The notes under the pieces were generated by a model that was not told the DNA's origin, made no database searches, and saw only the letters and a list, made by a program, of their open reading frames with translations. The position numbers and the translations under genes are program-made. From positions 5,350 through 69,349 of the forward strand of contig JAZDEG010000038.1 of assembly GCA_043809085.1 (NCBI GenBank): a stretch of DNA of 64,000 nucleotides, given 5' to 3'. This stretch comes from Pseudomonadota bacterium (GTDB taxonomy: Bacteria; Desulfobacterota; Desulfobulbia; Desulfobulbales; SURF-16). Position 1 is the first letter of the stretch. Every line of letters begins with the position of its first letter. Positions 49,601 through 58,186 of the stretch are shown here, one piece after another.

Positions 49601-50044
49601 ATTATAACGTTGGAGAATTAGTTCTGCGATCTCATTTGGTTTTCTTGAGCGAATGCTAATATAGCCGTCACCTGGGAGAATACCGAGATCAGTAAAGTCG
49701 ACAGAATCGTCAAAATTCAAGAGCATAATCCTGCCTTGATCTCTAGTCGCTATAAATTGCTTTATATGTCGCCACTCCAGTTTACACCATTGTTTTTCTT
49801 TGTATTTTTCACACAGAAAGATAACGATTAATTCCGATTGAGTACGATAGAGTCCAGGAAGATAGACATCAAGGTCTAGAAGGGCAAATTCACTTTCATG
49901 GAAATCGTCATAAAGTATTCTGTTTTTAGAGAACTTTTCAGAGAGACATTCTGCTACTTTCTCGACAAAACCACGTTTGTCACCTGGGAAAGATAGCGCT
50001 ATGGCAAATCTTCTTGGTGTTGATTTATCCATATTTACCGCCAT
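46655..50044 (-). CDS. Cassette 1: TIR-STAND NTPase-TPR protein (NLR/Avs-like)
   Basis: N-terminal TIR (FAIALSFPG, WCKLEW), Walker A GVPGCGKT, Walker B FVIIDEFQ, GGNP motif, IHPL, long C-terminal helical repeats (e.g. DAI..L.KGI). Confidence 0.85.
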   Translation of the reverse strand: MAVNMDKSTPRRFAIALSFPGDKRGFVEKVAECLSEKFSKNRILYDDFHESEFALLDLDVYLPGLYRTQSELIVIFLCEKYKEKQWCKLEWRHIKQFIATRDQGRIMLLNFDDSVDFTDLGILPGDGYISIRSRKPNEIAELILQRYNLQTSQGVPESDVLPPGNTEDLHSNLSPDKGEKQPSHFYGELRKKHFNFFLSEWLKNGPAVAILQGVPGCGKTQLARDVAQNSDLRPIFVLPQADSPDPVTELFTELAEALSDYGILDLKQGMDRGPDADLFNLLFTVLRREKIFVIIDEFQRFFPATKTYPQKKWQTFIERLNNNPNTNGRLLILSNRAVMTARWSESCALRKLSGLTDTEAAAFLLELLGSADLTEEIESERLEEIGHRLGGNPRALKTLVGSLKYETLDNLLSLAPDLFIPGDVNLDPHLVEDFERALIERALPDMDNDLLSFMRFMAVHRRPFTKEAFAEFNKSTIPPKELRRQLIDRFLWDFSFGYDSIHPLAREISVSRLRAEKEEWREAHSLAANYHFRFFKATRQGGARRMAASYAELRHHLFEANRISELHLASEKLTRFALSLITKPIQSKVPENVEILEERIALISALPDKDRPKGLEYHLALCLKHRNIGDDYRNALGHVRKAVGQKAYYAVWLLLIELEYTINGIEAMLNAQKRALKFLGGGSNSFSVYLRCAQLLVKDSRLQDAIEVLEDGINTPGVTCLSSLISRCSQYMEEAEKFDDAIRILKKGIDTPDIPELGTLYLRCADLLAKTSRTSDAIELLKRGIKIDNITKRYSFYLNLADFLVKAGKDEEAIYWLKEGIADSRVIDPKNIYRACAELLVKIQQFDEAVEILEKGCASKAVGDPVPIYHSFAKIMEESNKSDEAVKFLKRALSTTRMSIEPSIYLACAKLLFHARKIDDAIEVLIQGVSVPKMKDKNHLYQMLADLTARQGRLDDAIQVLEKGIGDKDQYTQFSLYKLCSELMVKAGRLEDAIALMKRGINSPAQSNKAVLYQTCAKLLAKAGRTDEGIKLLENAMRIPGLPGMVHLYQTCAQLMSKTGRRQDAIRLLKKAIIGPKIGNLVSLYQLCGELLMAANLKEEAVSLLKKGLKDYPRDKNLKAVFNKASKKN

Positions 50045-50086
50045 TCTTTCACTCTATAATTATGCTTTGAGGTTTATTCCTGGCAT

Positions 50087-50156
50087 GCTCAACCAAGTGT
50101 AGACTCCCGAAAAGACGCAGAGTTTTACGTCTCTTCGGGAGCATAAAAAGTTATTA
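50087..50156 (-). other. Integrase-proximal recombination site (attI position)
   Basis: Core GTTGAGC (50087-50093) is the exact complement of the cassette 1 R'' GCTCAAC; adjacent 14-bp inverted repeat CTCCCGAAAAGACG/CGTCTCTTCGGGAG. Confidence 0.75.
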
Positions 50157-50202
50157 TACCGCGAATCTAACACATAATACCGCCATATCCGGTTTTATCC
50201 AG
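50153..50202 (-). promoter_or_regulatory. Candidate cassette promoter(s) Pc
   Basis: Minus strand has TGGATA-16-TATTAT and a second GCGG-TATAAT just downstream, both pointing into the array. Confidence 0.4.
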
Positions 50203-50250
50203 CTTTTTAGCTTGATAAAAATATTTTTTTTAGTAGTTTGATAAACAGGT

Positions 50251-50262
50251 GAACAGATGTTC
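50251..50262 (+). promoter_or_regulatory. Putative LexA operator (GAAC-N4-GTTC)
   Basis: GGT-GAACAGATGTTC-GCC palindrome 56 bp upstream of intI ATG; matches the Gram-positive-type SOS box. Confidence 0.6.
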
Positions 50263-50318
50263 GCCTTATGGCGGTATTTGATTGTTTGTTTGTGTCAGGA
50301 AACGAGAGGGAAAAAACC

Positions 50319-51308
50319 ATGCAGAAGCCAAAGTTGTTGGATCAGATGAAAGATGCCATCCGTCTCAAGCATTATAGTATGCGAACAGAAGAGTGTTATA
50401 TTTATTGGGTTAAGAAGTATATTTTTTTTCATAATAAAAAGCATCCGGCGGAAATGGGCGCTGAGGAGGTCAGCCGTTTTCTGACGCATCTTGCCGTACA
50501 TGATAAAGTGGCATCTTCAACCCAGAATCAGGCGTTCAGCGCTATTCTTTTTCTTTATCGCCATGTATTGAAGTTGGAACTCGGGTTGCTCCAAAATGTG
50601 ACCAGGGCTAAGAAGCCGGTGAAGCTTCCGGTTGTTTTCACGCGGGAGGAGGTTCGATCTCTCCTGATGCAATTCGATGGCAGCAAGTGGTTGATGGCGA
50701 ATTTACTGTATGGCGCCGGACTGCGGCTGAATGAATGCCTCAGTCTGCGGGTGAAAGATATTGATTTTGGTTACAAACAGATTGTGGTCAGGGATGGAAA
50801 GGGGAATAAAGACCGGATAACCATGTTGCCGGTTTTTCTGATTGATCCCTTGAAACGGCATCTGGAGAAGGTGAAATCCCTGCATGAAGGGGATTTGAAA
50901 AAGGGGTTCGGTTCGGTGTATCTGCCTTACGCTCTGGAGAGAAAGTACAGAAATGCAGGCAAGGAATGGGGCTGGCAGTATGTTTTTCCGGCAACTGCAA
51001 TTTCAACCGACCCGCGGAGCATGCAAAGACGCCGGCATCACCTGTCGGAGAGCGTCCTGCAAAGAGCAATGAAGCAGGCATTACGGAATGCGGGAATCAA
51101 TAAACACGGCAGCTGTCACACCCTGCGACATTCATTTGCCACGCATCTGCTGGAGTCGGGGTACGACATCCGCACTGTGCAGGATTTGCTTGGGCACAAG
51201 GATGTCAGCACAACGATGATATATACCCATGTCCTCAACCGGGGCGGCAGGGGAGTGCGAAGTCCGGCAGACATGCTTTTTGCCGCAGCCGACGGGGGAA
51301 GCCTTTGA
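50319..51308 (+). CDS. intI: Integron integrase (tyrosine recombinase)
   Basis: HYSMRTE..Y..W, HPAEMG, STQNQA, LYGAGLR, integron-specific insert [45 protein letters not shown]. Confidence 0.97.
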   Translation: MQKPKLLDQMKDAIRLKHYSMRTEECYIYWVKKYIFFHNKKHPAEMGAEEVSRFLTHLAVHDKVASSTQNQAFSAILFLYRHVLKLELGLLQNVTRAKKPVKLPVVFTREEVRSLLMQFDGSKWLMANLLYGAGLRLNECLSLRVKDIDFGYKQIVVRDGKGNKDRITMLPVFLIDPLKRHLEKVKSLHEGDLKKGFGSVYLPYALERKYRNAGKEWGWQYVFPATAISTDPRSMQRRRHHLSESVLQRAMKQALRNAGINKHGSCHTLRHSFATHLLESGYDIRTVQDLLGHKDVSTTMIYTHVLNRGGRGVRSPADMLFAAADGGSL

Positions 51309-51928
51309 TAACGGGCAAACTGACGGATCGTCAGAAAAACGTCCTGGACTACCTCGGGTCATACCAGCAGCAGCATGGGATGTCGCCGACAGTCCGGGAG
51401 ATTTGCGTTCACTTCGGGTTGAGTTCACCGGCCGGAGTGCATAAAATTCTGCGACGTCTTATTGAGAAAAATGTCTTGCGTTCTCTGGCTGGGAAAAATC
51501 GTTCCTGGCAGTTGGTGGGCGGACCGACCGGGAAATCTCTTCCTGTTTTCGGTTCTATAGCCGCCGGGGCGCCGGTTGAGGCGATTGGCGAATGTCAGGA
51601 TGAACTGCCTTTGGATCCTGGGTTTTTCGGCAGCGAGTCTTGTTTCGCTTTGCTGGTCAAGGGGGATTCCATGATCGATGCACATATCATGGATGGAGAT
51701 CTGGCGATTATTCAACCTCAGCCGACAGTTATAAGCGGGCAGATAGCCGCGGTGCTGGTTGATGATCTTCTGGTGGAGGCGACACTCAAGATATTCCGCA
51801 GGAAGAAAAATGGGGTGGAGCTGCACGCAGCCAATAATTCCTATGACCCTCTGGTGTTTGAGGGGAGTGACGCGGCGCGGGTCAGTATAGTCGGCAAATT
51901 CGTCGGCGTGATCAGAAGATCGGGGTAG
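51305..51928 (+). CDS. lexA: LexA-family SOS repressor
   Basis: LTDRQ..VL, PTVREI winged HTH, AAG cleavage site, GDSM Ser, TLK Lys; TTG start overlaps intI TGA. Confidence 0.9.
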   Translation: MITGKLTDRQKNVLDYLGSYQQQHGMSPTVREICVHFGLSSPAGVHKILRRLIEKNVLRSLAGKNRSWQLVGGPTGKSLPVFGSIAAGAPVEAIGECQDELPLDPGFFGSESCFALLVKGDSMIDAHIMDGDLAIIQPQPTVISGQIAAVLVDDLLVEATLKIFRRKKNGVELHAANNSYDPLVFEGSDAARVSIVGKFVGVIRRSG

Positions 51929-51935
51929 AATGAAA

Positions 51936-51951
51936 GTCCTGCGCCGGCAGG
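51936..51951. terminator. Short GC hairpin between convergent lexA and ABC genes
   Basis: TCCTGC-GCCG-GCAGGA with T-rich sequence following on both strands. Confidence 0.45.
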
Positions 51952-51996
51952 AGTTTCTTAAGGAGTTTTTTGTTTGCATCCCGGTGTTTCCGAAGG

Positions 51997-53820
51997 TTAA
52001 CCGGATACTGCCGCCTCGCCGTTTGAGCCGTTTCCGCTCAGCTGCAGATCATGCAGGCGGCGGTAGAGGCCGCCGTTTATCATCAGCTCATCATGGCTGC
52101 CCTGCTCGATGATGCGGCCATGCTCCATCACCAGGATGTTGTCGGCTTTTCTGATGGTGGAAAGCCGGTGGGCGATGACGATGCTGGTGCGGCCCGCCAG
52201 GGTCGAGGCAATGGCGCGGTCGATGAGGATCTCCGTTTCCGAGTCAACGCTTGAGGTGGCTTCGTCAAGGATCAGCACCTCCGGGTCGCGGGCAAGAACC
52301 CTGGCAAAGGCGAGCAACTGTTTCTGGCCGGCGGAAAGCCCCATGCCTCCTTCACCTATTATGGAGTTCACTCCTTCCGGCAGCCTGCTCACCATGCCGG
52401 TGAGCTGCGCCCGTTCAATGATATCCATAAGCCCCTCATCGTCTATTTCCCGGTCAAGCAGGATGTTGTCCCTGATGCTGCCGGGAATAATGAAAACCTC
52501 CTGCATCACCAGACCCATTCTGCTTCTCAGCCACTTGCTGTCAAGGTCGCGCAGGTCGCGGTCGTCCAGAAGGATTTGCCCTTGGTCAGGGTCATAGAAA
52601 CGTTCAAGCAGATTGACGATGGTTGATTTGCCCGAGCCGGTGGCGCCGACAATGGCCAGGGTTTTTCCCGGTGGAACGGTAAAAGACAGGTCATGAAGAA
52701 TGGGTGATCCCTGGTTATAGGAAAAGGAAACATGGCGGAATGCCAAAGAGCCACGGGCGGACGGTTCTTTTGTGCGGAATGATCCTGATGGCAGATCAGG
52801 AGCGGTGTCCAGCAGCTCGAAGATGCGTTCCGCCGAGGCCAGGGCTGACTGGACAATGGAATATTTCTGGGAAAGATCGCGAATGGGCTGGAAAAAGAGG
52901 CGCATGTAGGCAATGAAGGCGGAGAGCTCGCCGAGTGTCATCTGCTGCTGGATAACCTTGCCGCCGCCATACCAGATGATCACACCAATTGCGATGGAGG
53001 AAAAGAGTTCGATGGCCGGCATGAAAATGCCGAAAATTTTGATCTGGTACATGTTTTTTTCCAGGTATGCCTGGCTCAGTTCGACGAATTTCTGGTAGGT
53101 GTCTTTTTCCCGGAGAAAGGTCTGGATCACCGCGATACCGGAAAGAGACTCCTGGAGAAAGGAATTGATGCGGGCAAGCTGGGTGCGGATAATCCGGAAG
53201 GCGTCCCTGGCAAGGCGACTGAACCAGATGGTGTTGCCGATGATGAGTGGGACAAGGAATGTCAGGATAAGAGCCAGCCGCCAGTTCATCCAGTAAAGGA
53301 TGACCATGATGCCGGCCAGCTGGATGAAATCGTTGAACAGGGTAACGATGACCGAGGTGAACATCTCATGCATGTTCTGGATGTCATTGGTAAGCCGGGT
53401 CACCAGTTTGCCGCCGGGGTTGTTGTTGAAAAAGGGAAGGTCCAGGTCGAGCATGTGCCGGAAAAGCTGCTGGCGCAGCCGGTGCATGATGGTCTGGCCG
53501 ATCCATTCAAGGATGAGTACCTGGCAGAAATTGGCGGCAAAGCCGCTGATAATGACGCCGATAAAGAGGGTGGCCAGCCGGGCCAGTCCGGCAATACGGG
53601 CGGATTGGTCAAGATCGGTGTTGGTGATAAAACGGTCGATGCCGATGCGCACCATATAGGGCAGAGCAAGACCTGCGCCGATGACGATGAAGGAAAGCAG
53701 AATGGCCAGCGCCATTTTTTTCCAGTGCGGCCGTGAATAGGCGATGATGCGCCGCCAGATTCCGGTGTCGCCCACACGCCCGAGCTGATCCTCCTCAAAG
53801 TAGCCGAATCCGTAGCGCAT
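51997..53820 (-). CDS. ABC exporter subunit (MdlB/YheH-like, TMD-NBD)
   Basis: GATGSGKS, LSAGQKQ, LILDEATSSVD, IAHRLST. Confidence 0.93.
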   Translation of the reverse strand: MRYGFGYFEEDQLGRVGDTGIWRRIIAYSRPHWKKMALAILLSFIVIGAGLALPYMVRIGIDRFITNTDLDQSARIAGLARLATLFIGVIISGFAANFCQVLILEWIGQTIMHRLRQQLFRHMLDLDLPFFNNNPGGKLVTRLTNDIQNMHEMFTSVIVTLFNDFIQLAGIMVILYWMNWRLALILTFLVPLIIGNTIWFSRLARDAFRIIRTQLARINSFLQESLSGIAVIQTFLREKDTYQKFVELSQAYLEKNMYQIKIFGIFMPAIELFSSIAIGVIIWYGGGKVIQQQMTLGELSAFIAYMRLFFQPIRDLSQKYSIVQSALASAERIFELLDTAPDLPSGSFRTKEPSARGSLAFRHVSFSYNQGSPILHDLSFTVPPGKTLAIVGATGSGKSTIVNLLERFYDPDQGQILLDDRDLRDLDSKWLRSRMGLVMQEVFIIPGSIRDNILLDREIDDEGLMDIIERAQLTGMVSRLPEGVNSIIGEGGMGLSAGQKQLLAFARVLARDPEVLILDEATSSVDSETEILIDRAIASTLAGRTSIVIAHRLSTIRKADNILVMEHGRIIEQGSHDELMINGGLYRRLHDLQLSGNGSNGEAAVSG

Positions 53821-53821
53821 A

Positions 53822-55597
53822 TCAGGAAGGCCCCCCCTGGGCGATGGTCTGGTGCTGGTAAATTGTCCGGTAAAAGGAATTTTCGGTAATCAGGGATTCG
53901 TGGCTGCCCCGGGCTGCGATGCGCCCATCCTCAAGCACGAGTATTTCCGTGGCATCAGCCAGAGGCGCCACCCGGTGAGAAACGATGATGCAGATTTTCC
54001 CCTGGAGTGACGATGCCATGCGGCGGATGATGGCATGTTCGGTTTCCATATCCACAGCCGACAGGCCGTCGTCGATAATGACGATGGGCCGGTCGAGCAG
54101 AAGGGCCCGGGCCAGGGCGATGCGCTGCCGCTGGCCTCCGGAGATCTTGACGCCGCGCTCACCGACCCGGGACTGATAACCGTCTGGCATTTCCAGAATT
54201 TCATCATGGACAGCCGCCATCCGGGCCGCTTCGTGGATCTGCTCAATGTCCGCGTCTGCCCGGCCCATGGCGATGTTGAACTGAATGGTCTCGGAAAAAA
54301 GAGTAGCCTGCTGGGGCACATAGGCGATATTGGAGCGCACCGTGGCAAGCGACAGGGTATTGACATCAAGGCCGTCGATGAGATAGGTGTTGTCGGCCAC
54401 CTGATAGAGGCGGGAAAGAATGGTGCACAGAGCGCTTTTTCCGGATCCGGTTTTGCCCACCACGCCGACAATGCCCTGCTGGAGGGTCAAGGTCACATCC
54501 CGCAGGGCGGGCTCATTTTGTCCGTCATAAGTGAAGGTAAGGTGGTTCAAGGTGATTTCCCGGGGCCGGTGCAGGAGTTCTCCCCCGCCGGGAGGGTCAG
54601 TGAGCTTCGGCCTTTCCGCAAAAACAGCTTGGATGCGGGCCATGGAGGTTGCCCCCCGCTGAAAGAGGTTGGCCACCCAGCCGATGGCCATCATCGGCCA
54701 GGTGAGCATGAACAGGTACGAGATAAAGGCGACAAAATCACCGATTGTGATGGCGCCGCGGATGGTGAACCGTCCCCCGAAAAAAAGAACCAGCAGCAGG
54801 CAGCAGTTGGCGACAAGGCCTGAAAGTGGAAAGAGGATACCCTGCACAGCGGCGACTTTGAGATTGCCCTGCACGTATTTTTGTCCCAGCAGGCCGAAGC
54901 GGTCTCCCTGGCTCTTTTCCTGGGTGTAGGCCTTGATCAGATGGATGTTTTTCAGTGTGTTCCCGGCAAATTCCGTGAGAGAGGCAAACAGTTCCTGTAC
55001 CTTTTCAAATCGTTTGTGAAGCTGGGAAGAGAGCAGGCGGGTGGAGAGCGCCAGCACCGGCATGGGAGTGACCGCGATCAGAGTGAGCATAGGATGAATA
55101 TACGCCATGAAGCAGAGTGCGGCCACGGTCATCACCACTGCGTCCACGGCTGCAATGAGACCCATGCCGCAGGCCAGCTGGACGGCTGTGAGGTCGTTGC
55201 CGGTAAGGGCCATGATATTGCCTGTGGGGTAACGCTGGAAAAACTGGCTGTCCAGGGTCAGTATGTGTGCCAGCAGGCGGTCGCGCAGATCCCGTTCCAC
55301 CAGCCGGGAAAAGCCGAGGACGAAATAGCGCCAGAGAAAGCGGCAGAGGGCAATGCCGAGCGCGGGAAGAAGGATGAGCCCCGCATATTTGAGAAGAAGA
55401 GGGTCTGTGGCCGTGCCTTTTTCCAGGGCATCGACAGCTTTTTTGATGAAACGCGGAATCAAAAGCTGAAGAAAATCCACCCCAAGCAGGGCAACAAAAC
55501 CGACAATCAGGCGCAGCCGGTATTTGCGGAAGAAGGGGCCAAGCAGGGAAACGGCATGGAGGAAGCGGGGCTGTATTTTTTCCTGAACATCGGCCAA
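53822..55597 (-). CDS. ABC exporter subunit (MdlA/YheI-like, TMD-NBD)
   Basis: GKTGSGKS, ISGGQRQR, degenerate IIDDGLSAVD, VSHR; likely heterodimer with downstream gene. Confidence 0.93.
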   Translation of the reverse strand: MADVQEKIQPRFLHAVSLLGPFFRKYRLRLIVGFVALLGVDFLQLLIPRFIKKAVDALEKGTATDPLLLKYAGLILLPALGIALCRFLWRYFVLGFSRLVERDLRDRLLAHILTLDSQFFQRYPTGNIMALTGNDLTAVQLACGMGLIAAVDAVVMTVAALCFMAYIHPMLTLIAVTPMPVLALSTRLLSSQLHKRFEKVQELFASLTEFAGNTLKNIHLIKAYTQEKSQGDRFGLLGQKYVQGNLKVAAVQGILFPLSGLVANCCLLLVLFFGGRFTIRGAITIGDFVAFISYLFMLTWPMMAIGWVANLFQRGATSMARIQAVFAERPKLTDPPGGGELLHRPREITLNHLTFTYDGQNEPALRDVTLTLQQGIVGVVGKTGSGKSALCTILSRLYQVADNTYLIDGLDVNTLSLATVRSNIAYVPQQATLFSETIQFNIAMGRADADIEQIHEAARMAAVHDEILEMPDGYQSRVGERGVKISGGQRQRIALARALLLDRPIVIIDDGLSAVDMETEHAIIRRMASSLQGKICIIVSHRVAPLADATEILVLEDGRIAARGSHESLITENSFYRTIYQHQTIAQGGPS

Positions 55598-55722
55598 ATG
55601 GGGTGTGCTCCTGTTGGATAGGGTTTGGTGAGAGGGGGTACGTTACGCTTCTTTAAGAATATGTTTCAGGTAGAATGTCAAGCAATGAGTAGGGAACAAG
55701 CTGGATCGGAAGGGAGGCGGAA

Positions 55723-56940
55723 TCAGGGAAGCAGACCGATGTTTGCCGCGATATTGGAGATGTCACGGGCCATTTTGCCGTTTGGGTTCTGGGCGACCAG
55801 AGGAGCGAGATTGCGGAGGTTGTCCTCGATTTCCGGAAATTTTCTGATGGAACCGGCGCTTTCAATGTGAATGGAAAGGGTTTTTTCGGCGAGCGAGGTG
55901 ATGGTTTGCGTTACCTGCTGTGATTGAGTGGCGTTTTTTGCCCGGTTGACAACGAGATAGGGGTTGAAGTCGATGATCGGCTGCAGGGCAAGGGGCAGGT
56001 CGAGGGGGTCATGGTCAGTGACCTTTTGCAGCAGCTCGGAAATAGTCCGGACAGCTGGATGATCGGATGACTGGGTGGAATTTTGAAGGAGGTCGGCCAG
56101 AGCTTTATCGTCGATCCTGTCGTTTTCCGCTTCCTGCCCGGAAACTCTGTTTAGTTTACGGAATAGGGCGGTTTTGAGAAACTGGTAAGCGCCTATATAG
56201 GATGCCGAATCAGGGGTGGTGAGAACCAGTCCGTAGTCGCCGAGAAGAAAGAAGTCAAGCATGTTGAAAGAAGTGTCGCCGCCAAGGTCAAGGACGATGT
56301 AATCCGCTTCAAGATCCCTGATGGCTTTTATCAGTTTCATCTTCTTTGCATAATGAATATTGGCCGCGCCGAGATCAGAACTGTCCCCGCCAATCATCAT
56401 CGGGCCGTAACGGCTGGGGATCATGATGGCGGAGAGGGAAGGGACTTTTTTGTCCAGAAAATCATTGATCGTTCGATCAAGAATATATTTGTCGCCAAGA
56501 TATAGGGTCAGGTTGGCGCCGCCGAGATCAAGATCCATCGCCACCGTTCTGTACCCTTTCCGGGCGAGAAAAACACTGAGATTGGCGGAAAACATGCTTT
56601 TGCCGATGCCGCCCTTGGCGCCGCCCACTGCGATAATTTTTCCCTTTGGACGCACCACGTTGTTCGTGGTTTCCGTTTTCAGGCGGGCAACAAGGAAATC
56701 AAAGGCCGCCCTCGCTTTTTGAAGGTAAAGGAGCTTTTTGTCAAGCCGGCTCTGCGGATCGCCAACAGAGGCGGCGGGATGACAGTATCTGATCTGTTTC
56801 AGGTAGGACTGTTTCAGGATGAATTCGTTGATCTGTTTCAGGAATTTCAGATCAAAAATCTTCTCCGGCGGGAAAAGATAGGAGCAGGCCCGCTGGATCT
56901 CTTTGATTTCCTGTTTATGATAGGTCTTTATCGGCAGCAT
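55723..56940 (-). CDS. MinD/FlhG-like P-loop ATPase with N-terminal extension
   Basis: Deviant Walker A GAKGGIGKS, DLDLGGANL, LDLGG, VVNR. Confidence 0.85.
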   Translation of the reverse strand: MLPIKTYHKQEIKEIQRACSYLFPPEKIFDLKFLKQINEFILKQSYLKQIRYCHPAASVGDPQSRLDKKLLYLQKARAAFDFLVARLKTETTNNVVRPKGKIIAVGGAKGGIGKSMFSANLSVFLARKGYRTVAMDLDLGGANLTLYLGDKYILDRTINDFLDKKVPSLSAIMIPSRYGPMMIGGDSSDLGAANIHYAKKMKLIKAIRDLEADYIVLDLGGDTSFNMLDFFLLGDYGLVLTTPDSASYIGAYQFLKTALFRKLNRVSGQEAENDRIDDKALADLLQNSTQSSDHPAVRTISELLQKVTDHDPLDLPLALQPIIDFNPYLVVNRAKNATQSQQVTQTITSLAEKTLSIHIESAGSIRKFPEIEDNLRNLAPLVAQNPNGKMARDISNIAANIGLLP

Positions 56941-57457
56941 ACAGTTACTTCGTCAGAAAAGAGAAAAAACTTAAATAAATATTAATTCTAATAAGATAGG
57001 ACTTTTTTTCCCATTAAAACAAATGAATATGAGAAGAATGCCGGCATACCCGAGGCAGAATCTGGCAAGGCGGAAAAACGTCCAGATGTGAACGAACCTC
57101 GAACGTATTAATGTTTTTTGATGTTAGACAGGGAAATGAGCTCAAAGTCCACAAAAAAGCGTCAAGGGGTAGGTGTCTCACTCACATTGACACAGAGGGG
57201 TAATGGTTGGCTGACTAGTGAAGAATTTGCCTGTCGTATTAATGAGGCCAAAAGTCAATGCATCCCCTTTTGGCAAGGGTCATCATAAGTTCTCTAGCTC
57301 GAAGGGAGGCTGACGATTTGGAATCATTAAGCTCTCATTAGACAAGGGCAATATCCGACGAGATTCCTGCTTGAAAAGTCCACCTATCCCAATCCCCAAT
57401 AGGTCAACCTAAGTCTTGATCCACGTAACAAAATAGACGCAATCTCTCTTCCCGCCC

Positions 57458-57543
57458 AGTATAAAATATTGGACGTCTAACAATTTCCCGCCATCTAAAA
57501 AGTTAACATATCCCATTTCACGAAAAGTGAAGAAGTTTCCAAA
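57458..57543 (+). repeat. Dispersed repeat copy A (3' part)
   Basis: AGTATAAAAT..GGACGTCTAACAATTT..GAAAAGTGAAGAAGTTTCCAAA shared with copies at 60347 and 62602. Confidence 0.85.
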
Positions 57544-57619
57544 GAGGCCAATGGCGGGCACACTTCCATCTCAACTCTATTTCACAATCAATATAATAAT
57601 AAAAGGAAATCACCAACGG

Positions 57620-58094
57620 TCATGGCGATTTCCTTTTTAAATTACAATTTACCTCAGCTAAATCCTGCTCCACCCTCTCTTTCAGCGCTTTGTTCATGGA
57701 GTCAAATCCTCTGCGAGATAACGGAGATATCACCGACCAAGCCGGCGTAAGCATGAAACCACTAAACTCCTCATATTGCACGAATCTGACCTTTTTAGGC
57801 GACAGTTCATGAATCTCAAAGTAGTGATGCCCATCCAGCAAACCCGGCCTAATGGTTTGCCCAAGCCAGCGCATACCACGGTTTTCGATTATATTGTCCA
57901 CTTTAAGCTGGAAATTAAGCAGTATGCCAAATAGAGAGGCGGTTGTAACACTTAACTCCCCGCCATCAATACATTTACCGGAAACGCTGCGGATAAACGG
58001 ATTCCACTCCGGATAAAGCGTAAAATTCGTCAACACCCCGCCATACGCTGGTGGCGGGAGCGTTTATATCGATCTCGGTTCTGACCTCTCTCAT
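57620..58094 (-). pseudogene. SRPBCC/polyketide cyclase-like gene with +1 frameshift
   Basis: MREVRTEIDINAPATSVWR (ATG 58094) continues as VLTNF..YPEWNPFI only after skipping one G in the G-run at 58036-58039; LDGHHYF and EEFSG motifs. Confidence 0.75.
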
Positions 58095-58186
58095 TCGAGC
58101 TCCTATATACCATTAGGGCGACGTGTTAAATTGCAACAATTTGAAATGTTCAATTTTTAACACGTTGTTATCGATTTTTTTGATAT

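Larger units (their letters stand above)
39016..51308. mobile_element. Chromosomal integron: integrase plus a 9-cassette array on the minus strand
   Basis: Integron integrase, divergent AT-rich ORFs, eight attC palindromes whose R'/R'' boxes are complementary per cassette. Confidence 0.95.

Noticed and set aside
50268-50318. ORF-track upstream start for intI
   Set aside because: ATG at 50319 has an SD-like GAGAGGG and gives the typical integron-integrase N-terminus (KLLDQ).
57090-57104. GAAC-N7-GAAC resembling the alphaproteobacterial LexA box
   Set aside because: Short motif that can arise by chance; no SOS gene nearby and a different architecture from the palindrome at intI.
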